Below, in pieces: positions 34,723-44,622 of a stretch of DNA of 53,939 nucleotides. Source of the DNA: a virus. Its lineage: Duplodnaviria > Caudoviricetes. The first letter of the stretch is position 1. Each line of letters starts with the position of its first letter. Below the pieces are notes generated by a model, which saw nothing but the letters and a program-made list of their open reading frames with translations, did not search any database and was not told the DNA's origin. Made by a program: the position numbers and the translations under genes. The stretch is from the IMG/VR virus record IMGVR_UViG_3300032373_000012, positions 1 through 53,939 of that record; one strand, written 5' to 3'.

Positions 34723-36874
34723 TAGACTTGTAACCTTACTTGATTTTAAGATAGATCAGAAAACTCTTGAGCAGTATAAGAATCAGTTGCGCGGTATATC
34801 TGGGTTGACCCAAAAAGTAGCGCGTAACGTCAATTTAAGTTTTAAAGGTATTAAAGGTAGCGTAGCCAGTTCTGGCAGAGAGTACAGAAACCTATCAGCC
34901 AGTATTCGTGGAAACATTACTAAACTAAGAAGTTTACGAAATGCTTTTAAAAATGCTCATGCAGATAATGTCCCACAAATAATTAGAGAGATTGTTGCAA
35001 CTAAGGCGCAAATACGTGAGCAGATAAAGCTACGTAGTGCAGCTATGGCGACGTTCAAAACCAAAAAATTCGGAAGCAAAGCCAACGAGCTTCAGCAAAA
35101 AAAAGCAGTACGTCAACTCAAGGATCAACGCCGCCACTGGCGCCTATTAGGTAGCACTGCGGGTAGAACTTTATCCACAATGGGGCACAGGATAAGTCGT
35201 ACGGCTAGTGTGTTGATACGGTTTAGAAATCTTTTAGGTATATCGATTGCAGGTGCTTTAGGCCTTAGGGCAACAGGTAGTGTTGTACAGGCAGGCTTTG
35301 ACGTAGAGAAAACAGAATTAGCGTTAGGTAGTTTTGGTGGCGCTAAAGGCGAGACAGCCGAGCAGAAAAAAGCACGTATCAAAGTAGCAAGGAAGCAGAT
35401 TGATGACATTGCGCTTGCGACACCTTTTGGTATAAAAGAAGTAGAGGACGTGTTCCTTAACTTAACTCGAAGAGGTATAAACGCGGGTAAATATACTAAA
35501 GGTATAATTAATACTGCTGCTAAATTCGGTGGCGAAAAAGACGATATAAAAAGGGCGCTAATACAATTAGGTCAAGGTTTTGCTAAAAACAAATTAGACG
35601 GAAGAGATGTTAAGTTTATTCGTGAAACGCGCTTACCTATAAACAAAGCACTAGCTGCTGTGTTAGGGGAAAAAGGTAACTCAGAATTAGACAATCTAGC
35701 TATTGTAGACAAAGCCATTACCGAAGGTAAGGTGAACAGAGAAGTACTCAACAAAGTGTTTGAATTTTTCAATGAAGAAGGCGCTAAGTTCGAGCTAGAT
35801 CAAGTTAAATTAGCATCTTTCCAAGTTAACCAATTAGGTGACTTCCTGGAGAAATTCAAAAGAAGTATTGCCGAAAGCGGTTTCAGTCAAACAATAGCCA
35901 CTATTGTGGGTGATATCAACAAAAGGTTTTTTGTTGCTTTAAAGGACGGTACATTTGCTGAATACGCAAAGAAAATATCAGACTTCTTGTCCAAAACTGC
36001 CAAATGGTTCGCCACATGGTTAGAGAGCTTGATAACTAATCTTATTGCAGGTACGCACTGGACACAAAAATTAGCTAATGCTTTTGGCGGTTTCGGCAAT
36101 ATGATAACAGTTCTTGTGTCACTTGGTTTGGTACGTTGGTTGTGGCCAGTTATAGCTGCGTTACGTGTAATGCTTCCTCTGATGATAGCGTTATCCGGCG
36201 GTTTCTGGAAAATGATAGGGGTGTTCCTACTAGTCAAGGCGGCAATAAATTTAGTGATCAAGCATTTCGATTGGTTGAAAGATAACCTGGCCGCTGTAAT
36301 TGTGGTTATAGGTTTAGCTACTGCTGCTTTTTTTAAATTCAGATTAGGTGCCGCAGGTATAGCCACTCTTTTTGGACCACTAGGTCTACTAGCAGCAGGA
36401 ATCTTGATAATTGCGGATAATTGGGACATTGCGGGTGCAGCGTTACAGCGTTTTGCCGATTTAGCTAAAAAAGTAATTAATACTATCACATTAGGTATAC
36501 CGGAGTTTCTAGGTGAATCTTTAGGTCAAGGCGCAGGAGCAATAGCCACAGGTAATACAAACGCTCTGGAACCCGGCAAGTTCAAAGCTTTTATGGCAGG
36601 TATTGGTGTGGTAGGACGGTTCTTTGGTTCGGACACAACACTCGGACTATCTTCTGCTGAACTTCTTGCTCGAAATGGTAATCGTGCACGTACTATCGCA
36701 GGTGACAGAGGCATAACTAACAATACTACTGGTGGAAACCAGACAGTAAATGTAACGCAAAATATCACAGGCACAGGTGATGCGGCACAAATAGCACGTC
36801 ACGCTAATGAGGGACTTGGAACAGTCCTTGCGCCTACTAATATGCAGACACTGACAGGAACTAAGGAGTTTTAA
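34712..36874 (+). CDS. Tape measure protein
   Basis: MIIDRLVTLLDF, ATPFGIKEV, hydrophobic segments, NWD, VNVTQNITG. Confidence 0.9.
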   Translation: MIIDRLVTLLDFKIDQKTLEQYKNQLRGISGLTQKVARNVNLSFKGIKGSVASSGREYRNLSASIRGNITKLRSLRNAFKNAHADNVPQIIREIVATKAQIREQIKLRSAAMATFKTKKFGSKANELQQKKAVRQLKDQRRHWRLLGSTAGRTLSTMGHRISRTASVLIRFRNLLGISIAGALGLRATGSVVQAGFDVEKTELALGSFGGAKGETAEQKKARIKVARKQIDDIALATPFGIKEVEDVFLNLTRRGINAGKYTKGIINTAAKFGGEKDDIKRALIQLGQGFAKNKLDGRDVKFIRETRLPINKALAAVLGEKGNSELDNLAIVDKAITEGKVNREVLNKVFEFFNEEGAKFELDQVKLASFQVNQLGDFLEKFKRSIAESGFSQTIATIVGDINKRFFVALKDGTFAEYAKKISDFLSKTAKWFATWLESLITNLIAGTHWTQKLANAFGGFGNMITVLVSLGLVRWLWPVIAALRVMLPLMIALSGGFWKMIGVFLLVKAAINLVIKHFDWLKDNLAAVIVVIGLATAAFFKFRLGAAGIATLFGPLGLLAAGILIIADNWDIAGAALQRFADLAKKVINTITLGIPEFLGESLGQGAGAIATGNTNALEPGKFKAFMAGIGVVGRFFGSDTTLGLSSAELLARNGNRARTIAGDRGITNNTTGGNQTVNVTQNITGTGDAAQIARHANEGLGTVLAPTNMQTLTGTKEF

Positions 36875-37570
36875 ATGGCAGTTTTTATCACAACTACAAC
36901 CGCGTTAGATAGCTTCAAAGTAGACGTAATGCTTGAGGATACCTACAGCAACACATTAGGTATTACAGATTATCCTGTGGAAGAAGGCAGTAACATTTCG
37001 GATCATGCGCAAATTTTACCGAAAACCTACGACCTAATAGGTGGTAGCGTAACTTTAACCAGTAGTTTGAATGTAGCCAAAATAACTGCTGACTACAACG
37101 CATTACTGGCCGTACAAGAAAAGAGATCACCCTTCACTGTGGAAACTGGTATCACCACTCTGAAGAACATGCTGATTGAAAGCTTTACAGTAACAAGAGA
37201 CAAAACTAATGCGACGGTATTGTTCTACAAAGCACACCTTAAAGAGGTAATAAAAGCAGGTACCGAAAACGCACCTGTTCCTTCTGCCCGTGCTGTACCT
37301 ACTGACGGCGAGCAAGGCGGTGCAACAACACTAGCCGAGGAAAGAACCCAAAATAAGGCAGCACCGGTGGTGGAGTCCGATCCCAGACCGAATACTGCTT
37401 CTTTCGGTAAAGACCAGAAAATAGTAGACGATTATTTATCTAACTTAGCTCTTGATATTTTAGGGCCAGACCTCGTGTCAGCGAAGAACCTTAATAGAGC
37501 AGATGCGGTTAGACTAGTCGCCAGTACAAAACAACCTATCTACGTAGTAGGTACAGGAGACGGCGGGTAA
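36875..37570 (+). CDS. Tail tube initiator / Dit-like baseplate protein
   Basis: ITDYPVEEGSNISDHA, VETG..LKNMLI, LKEV. Confidence 0.8.
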   Translation: MAVFITTTTALDSFKVDVMLEDTYSNTLGITDYPVEEGSNISDHAQILPKTYDLIGGSVTLTSSLNVAKITADYNALLAVQEKRSPFTVETGITTLKNMLIESFTVTRDKTNATVLFYKAHLKEVIKAGTENAPVPSARAVPTDGEQGGATTLAEERTQNKAAPVVESDPRPNTASFGKDQKIVDDYLSNLALDILGPDLVSAKNLNRADAVRLVASTKQPIYVVGTGDGG

Positions 37571-37917
37571 TGAGCAAAGAATTACTAACAAGGGTTAATA
37601 TAATAGAGATACAGGACGCACCTAACCAAAAAATAAGCGTCACTATGGCAGATAAAAAAGTAGACATGTATTTAAAATACAATACTCTGTTCGATTATTG
37701 GACCATAGACATTTACTCTCGTAATAAACCCTTGATTTCAGGAGTCAAGCTTGTGCTAGATATAGACTTACTGCAACGCTATAACTTAGGGTTAGGTAGT
37801 CTTACCTTGCTCCACATAACCGCAAAAGAGACGGTAAAAGAACCCAATCGTTACAACTTAGTGAACGGGGATATACGTATGTACTCGTTTTGGAGAGAAT
37901 ACGTTGACGTGGGATAG
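37570..37917 (+). CDS. Baseplate protein
   Basis: PNQ, YN...YWTIDI, GVKLV..DLL. Confidence 0.7.
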   Translation: MSKELLTRVNIIEIQDAPNQKISVTMADKKVDMYLKYNTLFDYWTIDIYSRNKPLISGVKLVLDIDLLQRYNLGLGSLTLLHITAKETVKEPNRYNLVNGDIRMYSFWREYVDVG

Positions 37918-38740
37918 AAAACTAGTCTGCGACGTTTCAGGTGTCCGTGTGACTCATTTACGCATGGAGTTCACTGTACGTAAATCTATGGAAAACAATA
38001 ACAATACGGCTGTTGTAAAAATATTCAACCTAAAAGAAGCTAACCGCAAAAAAATAGAAAAGGAGCAGGACACACTGGCGCTTTATGGAGGCTACCGCCA
38101 AGGCAAAAACGGTAAGTTATTTGTAGGTAACGTTCAATCCGTAGTGACTTACGTAGATGCACCTAACATTGTGACCGAAGTTACTGCCAAAGAAGCTGAT
38201 CTAGTGCATAACTTCGGTTTCGTAAATAAAACACTTGATGCAGACCAAACAGCCCCTTTCGATATAATCAGACTTATCCACAAAAGTATGACGGGTGTTG
38301 ATTTTGGCGCGACTGTCGGTGTGGCAGGGCTTCCCAAGAAAAAAAGACCAATGGTTGTTTGTGGCGGTGTAACTGCTGAAATGAATAAAGTTTGTAGGGA
38401 TAACCAACTGCACTGGTCCATACAGAACGGAGAACTTGAAGTAGTTGCTTTCGATAAGGCTATCCCTATGGCAACAGTAATCTCCAAAGACACAGGTATG
38501 GTAGGTTCGCCTGAACCAACTGAATTAGGTGTCAACGTAAAAACATTACTCGATTATAGTATAGTCCCGCAGCGTTTAATTGATGTAAGGAGTAGAGTTG
38601 TTTCTGGTATTTTTCGAGTCAGTGAAGTGACTTACTCAGGAAATAATATGGACGGCCAATACGTATGCTCAATACTCGGCACTAAGTTTGTGGGAACCAC
38701 TACCGCTAAGAAACATTTATATAAAGGTGACGTGCAATGA
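37904..38740 (+). CDS. Baseplate hub protein
   Basis: IFNL, GGY..LFVG, WSIQNG, TGMVGSPEPT. Confidence 0.85.
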   Translation: MTWDRKLVCDVSGVRVTHLRMEFTVRKSMENNNNTAVVKIFNLKEANRKKIEKEQDTLALYGGYRQGKNGKLFVGNVQSVVTYVDAPNIVTEVTAKEADLVHNFGFVNKTLDADQTAPFDIIRLIHKSMTGVDFGATVGVAGLPKKKRPMVVCGGVTAEMNKVCRDNQLHWSIQNGELEVVAFDKAIPMATVISKDTGMVGSPEPTELGVNVKTLLDYSIVPQRLIDVRSRVVSGIFRVSEVTYSGNNMDGQYVCSILGTKFVGTTTAKKHLYKGDVQ

Positions 38741-40098
38741 TACCTCGTTCTTTATCCACAATTATAAGGGAAGCTGTTCGATCAGAAATGCTTAATCTAC
38801 ATACCTCTATGCCTGGGACTATTATCTCGTTTGACCCAGATGATCAGACGGTAGAGGTGCAACTGGACTTAAAATTTCGCAGAAGTGTGAGTGGCGGGTA
38901 TGTAGAGGAGGAGGTGGACGTACTAAAAGATGTCCCTATCATATACCCAAGAGCAAACAATTATTCTTTGACTATGCCTATTGTGCCTGGAGACACCTGT
39001 GAAGTAAGGTTCATGGAAAGATCAATCGATAACTGGCTCTTAGAAGGCGGTACTGTATCTCCTGAAGACTACAGGCACCACTCGTTGTCAGACGCAGTTT
39101 GCTACGTAGGTATGTGGGACAGAACTAAGTCTATCTACAATTATAACGCTGCACAGCCTGAGTTAAGGACGGGTGATGCTCAGAGAAAAGTTTGGCTCGA
39201 TGACAACAGAGATAAGAATGGTTTTGTGGAAATGGTTGACTTAGACAACGACAGCCGAACTGTGCTTAAATCGAACGGTGAAGTGAGAGTAGCTAACGAT
39301 AAAGTTAGAACAGTCATGGAGATTTATCCAGACACTAAAATACAGATGCAGAATCCGTTGTCCTTAACAAGAATGGACCCGTACGGTGATATTTTACAAA
39401 GAAATCCTTTGATCACGAGGCAGATGGACAGGTTTGGGGACATCACCGATAAAACAATATTAGCCAAAAGTTTAATACAGCGAAGTGGTCGAAAATTCTT
39501 TAAAAATTTGATTGCCAAGCAGATAACCCATGCTTCTGGTAAAATAGACTATCGCTCAATGCTGAATAAGTTAGAGATAAACCCTAACGGAAAGAGTCGC
39601 TTGGGTAACAGTATAAATAAACTAACAGTGGATTTAGTGAAAGCAAAGTTAGGCAATCCGCTAAGTAACCTAAACATAACACCGATACAGAGCACACTAG
39701 GTAATCCTTTGTCTAAGCTGCGAGTTCTTCCGACCAGTGCTATGCTTCAAGATGTAGGCGGGGTTGTGACCCCTGCTCTTGTGACAGGATTAGTTTCGGC
39801 TGTGACAGGCATTATAGGCAACTTAGGCTTAGACGCATTACTCGGTCCAATAACTTCAGAATTAGCTAACATACAGAACTTACTTAATGCGCTACCGGAG
39901 GACGAAGCTGAAGAACCTGATCTATTCGACTCAGTATCTGTGCAGGTAGCGGATACACTTATTGAGAATAATATAGATATTGAAAGTCAAGAAGCAATTA
40001 ATGTGCTAAGATTAGCTGAACAATTAGATCAAAACTGGAACGAGCAGGTTTTTGAAGAAATGGTTTCACAGATGGAGGTTATACTCGACAATGGCTAA
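38737..40098 (+). CDS. Baseplate spike, Gp138-type N-terminus with long atypical C-terminus
   Basis: HTSMPG.I.SFDP, DVPIIYP, PGD, FMERSIDNW, RHHSLSDA. Confidence 0.85.
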   Translation: MIPRSLSTIIREAVRSEMLNLHTSMPGTIISFDPDDQTVEVQLDLKFRRSVSGGYVEEEVDVLKDVPIIYPRANNYSLTMPIVPGDTCEVRFMERSIDNWLLEGGTVSPEDYRHHSLSDAVCYVGMWDRTKSIYNYNAAQPELRTGDAQRKVWLDDNRDKNGFVEMVDLDNDSRTVLKSNGEVRVANDKVRTVMEIYPDTKIQMQNPLSLTRMDPYGDILQRNPLITRQMDRFGDITDKTILAKSLIQRSGRKFFKNLIAKQITHASGKIDYRSMLNKLEINPNGKSRLGNSINKLTVDLVKAKLGNPLSNLNITPIQSTLGNPLSKLRVLPTSAMLQDVGGVVTPALVTGLVSAVTGIIGNLGLDALLGPITSELANIQNLLNALPEDEAEEPDLFDSVSVQVADTLIENNIDIESQEAINVLRLAEQLDQNWNEQVFEEMVSQMEVILDNG

Positions 40099-40447
40099 TT
40101 CATGGGCTTTAGATGAAAATTGGGATATGTTCTTAAATGACGAGAACAAAATAGGCCGTGTTGTGGGTGTAGACGAAGTGCGCCAACATATCAGAGAAAG
40201 ATTGCTTTTCTTTTTTGAGGAATGGTTCCTGGACAGAGATGCAGGTGTGCCTTGGTACCAAGAAATTTTTGTTAAACCTGACGACAAAGGAAAAGTGGAT
40301 GCTTTACTTAAAAAGGAGATAGTAGAGACAGAGGGTGTTAACGAACTTTTAAACTTTGAAGCAGTTTTTGATAAACAGAATAGAAAATACCATACAATAA
40401 CTTTCACCGTATCCACAGATTACGGTTTAATTACGGAGACATTATAA
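40091..40447 (+). CDS. Baseplate wedge / sheath initiator
   Basis: EWFLDRDAGVPW, TEGV, TDYG; GGAGG SD before ATG 40091. Confidence 0.8.
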   Translation: MANSWALDENWDMFLNDENKIGRVVGVDEVRQHIRERLLFFFEEWFLDRDAGVPWYQEIFVKPDDKGKVDALLKKEIVETEGVNELLNFEAVFDKQNRKYHTITFTVSTDYGLITETL

Positions 40448-41775
40448 TGCCTGCACCATACGGGGTTGTTCCAGAGGGTTTCAACAGAAAACAAATAGCT
40501 GAAATACTTGCCGACATAAACACTGGCGTTAAAGGTGTTTTTGGGCAAGATACTAATGTGTCACCACAATCACCTAACGGTCAGTTCAATGGTTTAATGG
40601 CCGATGTTCTTTCCGACCAATGGGAACTGGCAGAGAACGTTTATCACTCTATAGACCCTATGCAGGCGAGTGGTTCTCGTTTGGACGAGCTACTTGCTTT
40701 GTTCAATAGACCACCTAGAGCAGGTGCTGTCTACTCAGGTTTAACACTAACCGTAACAGGTGATCCTGGCACAACGATACCGTCAGGAACTTCTATAACA
40801 TCGTCGTCGACTGCCACAGAAGTGTTCACAAATAGTGTAGTAATCATACCCTCCTCTGGAACAACTACTGTACAAGCCAGTCCGTCGCTAGAATTAGCTA
40901 TTTCTGTGGCCATAAACGAGATGGATTTAATAACAGAAGTGCTTGACGGTTTCACGTCTGTAACTAACTTAGACGCGGCAGTCATAGGTGTTTTGGTTCA
41001 GGCCGCCGAAACAGATGCGCAAATCAGACTACGCCTTTTGGGAACACCTGGAGGTGTCGCTGTAAGCAATTCTCATATACGTTTAGAAGAATCTTTGCGC
41101 GGGTTGGCAGGTGTAGTCGAATCAGTTCTTTATGTAAACAGTACCAGTACCACTGATTATAGAGGTATCCCGCCAAAAACCTACGCTTTGGTCATAGAAG
41201 GTGGAGACGACATTCTCATAGGTAATACTTTGTGGTTACAGCACACAGCAGGCATAGGTACCTACGGCACAACAAGCGTTAGTCTGTCAGACGCACAGGG
41301 CATTTGCCATAAAGTTAATTTTAGTAGACCTCGCGACGCTATCGCCTTATTAGACATAACAGTGCGGTATGTTGATGGACGTTGTGGTTGTCAACCTCAC
41401 GATTTAGACGGATTGAAGACATTACTTATCGACTTACTGAGCAACCGCGCAGATTGTGGCGGCTTCGGTATAGGTCAGCCTCTTATACGCAGCAGACTGT
41501 ATGCCGCATTCTCAGGAGTTAGCGGCTTAGAGATAGTTGATCTGAAAATGGCTAAACACCATTATGAGTTTTCTATGGATTGTGCCGAACCTGAATGGGA
41601 TGCAAAAGGTTTTTGTGAAGGTGAGTGGGCTAAAGATATAATATTCACAGATCAATCTATAGCTATGGGTTGGGATGAAAAAGCATTATTCTTAGAAAGA
41701 GCCATAACACTTACAGTACTAGATAAGTTCGATAATACCGTAGCCTCAGATTGCGTGGACGGAGTGGCAGTCTAA
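40447..41775 (+). CDS. Baseplate J-like protein
   Basis: GVVPEGF, SPNGQF, DP..ASG..LD, ETDAQIRLR, IEGGDD, AGIGTYG, FSRP. Confidence 0.9.
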   Translation: MPAPYGVVPEGFNRKQIAEILADINTGVKGVFGQDTNVSPQSPNGQFNGLMADVLSDQWELAENVYHSIDPMQASGSRLDELLALFNRPPRAGAVYSGLTLTVTGDPGTTIPSGTSITSSSTATEVFTNSVVIIPSSGTTTVQASPSLELAISVAINEMDLITEVLDGFTSVTNLDAAVIGVLVQAAETDAQIRLRLLGTPGGVAVSNSHIRLEESLRGLAGVVESVLYVNSTSTTDYRGIPPKTYALVIEGGDDILIGNTLWLQHTAGIGTYGTTSVSLSDAQGICHKVNFSRPRDAIALLDITVRYVDGRCGCQPHDLDGLKTLLIDLLSNRADCGGFGIGQPLIRSRLYAAFSGVSGLEIVDLKMAKHHYEFSMDCAEPEWDAKGFCEGEWAKDIIFTDQSIAMGWDEKALFLERAITLTVLDKFDNTVASDCVDGVAV

Positions 41776-42587
41776 TGGGTGATTGCTATACCCCCGGACA
41801 ACTAGTATCTGATGCTCTTTGTAAATTAGCCACCCAATACAGGGAGTCGCCTAAACTAAAAGCGTTCATAACTGTATTTATAGAAGAGGTAGAGCTTGTG
41901 CAAAAAGCACTCTGCGACTCTGCGGAACTCGACTTGGATAGGCTAGGGGTATTACTTAATTTTCCTCGGTGTTGGTGTAACATAAAAAGAAGAGTTTGGT
42001 TTGGTTTGGAAAAACCGGCCCCATTGTATTTCGGTTTCAATTATGAGGTCGGTGAAACACCTTCAGTGGCAGAATCCTGTCTAGGCGGTTTTGACGAAGC
42101 TAGATGGATACACCCAGACGACAACCCTGACTGCTCACTCGAAGCAATGAAGGGTTGTTGCACAGTAGGCGACCCTACAGTTAAAGGATTTTGCGAGGCT
42201 GATTTTATCTGTCCTGACTACCCACAACATGTAGATCACTGCTTCGATGACGACGTAGAGTACGCAATGTTGCTAAATGCGAAGCTATTGTCGGATAATT
42301 CAGCCGGTACAGTTGACGATATACTGAATGTTGCTATAATCATGTACGGAGAACAAACAACTATCTTTTATGACAGTCATGGGGTAGTCTGGGTTTCCTT
42401 GAACAGAGCTATAACCGATAATGAGATATTATTAATGGATTTTTATAAGAATTTACTACCTGCACCGGTCGGCGTTACTATCACAATCGTTGACGGTCTA
42501 CATAGACAATTTGGGTTTACAGATAGCCCTTGCTTAGAAGACAGAATAGGTGGTTTTTGTGATGGCGTCTTTATGAGGAGGTATTAA
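41775..42587 (+). CDS. Baseplate wedge protein (DUF2612 type), Cys-rich
   Basis: TQYRESPKL, LDRLG, FGF..GGF repeats, LLPAPVGV. Confidence 0.82.
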   Translation: MGDCYTPGQLVSDALCKLATQYRESPKLKAFITVFIEEVELVQKALCDSAELDLDRLGVLLNFPRCWCNIKRRVWFGLEKPAPLYFGFNYEVGETPSVAESCLGGFDEARWIHPDDNPDCSLEAMKGCCTVGDPTVKGFCEADFICPDYPQHVDHCFDDDVEYAMLLNAKLLSDNSAGTVDDILNVAIIMYGEQTTIFYDSHGVVWVSLNRAITDNEILLMDFYKNLLPAPVGVTITIVDGLHRQFGFTDSPCLEDRIGGFCDGVFMRRY

Positions 42588-42591
42588 CTCA

Positions 42592-43311
42592 ATGACCGAT
42601 TTTACTAATTACCCTATTTGGGCGAATGCAGGAACAATAAGTCAACCACTTTTTGTGGACAGTGGGTGGGTCTGCGGAACAGTAAACCCTGAACACATGA
42701 ACTGGTGGTATAACAGAACAGACAACGCGCTATTGGCGTTAGATGCTCGTGTGACAGCTAACACAGTTGCAATAGATGATCTGACAACCATTGTGAACAA
42801 TATCAGTACTACGGCTGAAGCCAGTGGTTTATTGGGCACATACGTCAAGGACTCAAATGCTAACGTCTCTAAATTCCAGAGCAATTCAGCAGGCGTGGCA
42901 AATGCTACGGTGATGAAAACATTCGATCACACGATACAGAATACGGGAGACGTCCACTTGATTGTTGGTTACGAGTCTAACATTGTGATTTCTCCTTCCG
43001 GTACAAGTAGCTGTGTAGGGGTAGTACGTTTGCAGTTAAACAACGATTTTGTGATTGTTAACAAATACGGTACACAGAAAAACGGCAACCCACGAGCACC
43101 GATTAGCTTTCACGGGGGAGTTGTTTCTATGCGCAACGTCAATGCTAATTACAATTGGGCCTTAATCGGGCAAACACCTTTCCCCACGTACAACCAGGGC
43201 GATACTGTTCAATTAAAATTGGACGCTTACTTAGCGCCCGGAAATAGCGGCTCGATTGACCTTGGGCTTTTAAAATTAGTTGTGATGGAAATACGCGCAA
43301 CGGCTAACTAG
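42592..43311 (+). CDS. Short tail fibre
   Basis: WANAG..SGW..P.HMNWWYN baseplate-attachment-type N-terminus, coiled coil, beta-rich C-terminus. Confidence 0.7.
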   Translation: MTDFTNYPIWANAGTISQPLFVDSGWVCGTVNPEHMNWWYNRTDNALLALDARVTANTVAIDDLTTIVNNISTTAEASGLLGTYVKDSNANVSKFQSNSAGVANATVMKTFDHTIQNTGDVHLIVGYESNIVISPSGTSSCVGVVRLQLNNDFVIVNKYGTQKNGNPRAPISFHGGVVSMRNVNANYNWALIGQTPFPTYNQGDTVQLKLDAYLAPGNSGSIDLGLLKLVVMEIRATAN

Positions 43312-43321
43312 GAGATAAACA

Positions 43322-43768
43322 ATGAGTTTTGAATTAGATTTAAGCGCAGAAGAGTTCGAGTACTACCATAAGTACCTAAAAGAGCAAGGTGCGCTAGTAA
43401 CTGTTTCTCTTGATAAGAGTGAAGTGTTTATTGATGGGGTTAATAGAGGTTCTTTCGAGGACACAAAAGCTATTTTCTCTACTGAGTGGAATGCAGCCGT
43501 ATCTACCGTTTCTACGACAGCTACAAAAGCAAGCGGTGTTGTGTACGATTCTGTTACATGCTCTGCCACCAACACAGACTTATTATCAGTATCTGCCACT
43601 ATTGCGAATATGGGTGCTATCACAGGACAGACAGCAGTGCCAATTAAATTCTCGAACGGCAATACTTTGACGATTGACGACGACGCTGATTTAGCAGCAT
43701 TCCTTGCTGTGTGGCAACCGTTCAGATTAGCTAACTCTACAGGATACACTTACGAAGAGGAAGCATAA
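43322..43768 (+). CDS. Fibre-associated protein / chaperone
   Basis: GV.YD.V..SA, FSNG..LT; AGGAG SD; position. Confidence 0.55.
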   Translation: MSFELDLSAEEFEYYHKYLKEQGALVTVSLDKSEVFIDGVNRGSFEDTKAIFSTEWNAAVSTVSTTATKASGVVYDSVTCSATNTDLLSVSATIANMGAITGQTAVPIKFSNGNTLTIDDDADLAAFLAVWQPFRLANSTGYTYEEEA

Positions 43769-44622
43769 TGCCTACTGATGATATGCGCGTTGAAGAAGTA
43801 TTTGCCACTACCCCTATTGTGCCGAATGCTTCTCCTAGTGATGCAGAAATAGCAGTGGGTTTTGTAGGCGGTGAAGCCGACAAAACTTTCTTCAATAAAT
43901 TGTGGAATCGCTATTCTGAATTGATCTTCAAAAACCAGACTACAGCACAGGCGCAGAAGCTAGGTATAAAAGACGCTGTTGGCGGTGCTGACGACTCTTT
44001 GCTGTATAAAGATTACTATATCGGTCAAAGCGGTTCTGATGCCACGGCTAGAACACCGGTGGCAGGAAACGTCCTTAGAAATGACGGCGGTTCCGAAACA
44101 AACAAATATTTTATCGGTGGAAACAACACGGTAGTTAAAAACACCTCTGCGAACATACCGCTTTACACAGGTTGTGGTGAAGACTCTTCTCTACTTACCT
44201 TTGTTATGCAGTTAATGTTTACACCTAACGCATTATCCTCTGATGGTGATTTTATAGGGTTCAGTCTTAATTGCTCTGGAGCCTACCAAAGAACAGACGT
44301 GCACTTAACTTACGAAGAAGCGACCGATTCATTGCTTGCTGAAGTGACAGGTTGGGACGTAACGGGCGCAATTCCTACTGCTCACGCTTTTGTGGCAACC
44401 CCCATAGCAGGCGGTACTGTTACAAACAGAGTAATAACGTTCAAAGCGAGTAAGTCGTCTGATACAGGTTTCATGTTACTCGAAATACCAGAACTCGGTT
44501 GGGCTGTAGATACAGGGTTAGCGATGGTTATTGGTACAGGTACAAACGATCACGGGTTTACTTTTTCTCCACATACTTTTTTGATGAACAATCTTACTAT
44601 CCACAATGAGGTTCTTTTCTGA
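43768..44622 (+). CDS. Second fibre/appendage protein
   Basis: PSDAEIAVGF..FFNKLWN attachment-like N-terminus; beta-rich body. Confidence 0.6.
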   Translation: MPTDDMRVEEVFATTPIVPNASPSDAEIAVGFVGGEADKTFFNKLWNRYSELIFKNQTTAQAQKLGIKDAVGGADDSLLYKDYYIGQSGSDATARTPVAGNVLRNDGGSETNKYFIGGNNTVVKNTSANIPLYTGCGEDSSLLTFVMQLMFTPNALSSDGDFIGFSLNCSGAYQRTDVHLTYEEATDSLLAEVTGWDVTGAIPTAHAFVATPIAGGTVTNRVITFKASKSSDTGFMLLEIPELGWAVDTGLAMVIGTGTNDHGFTFSPHTFLMNNLTIHNEVLF

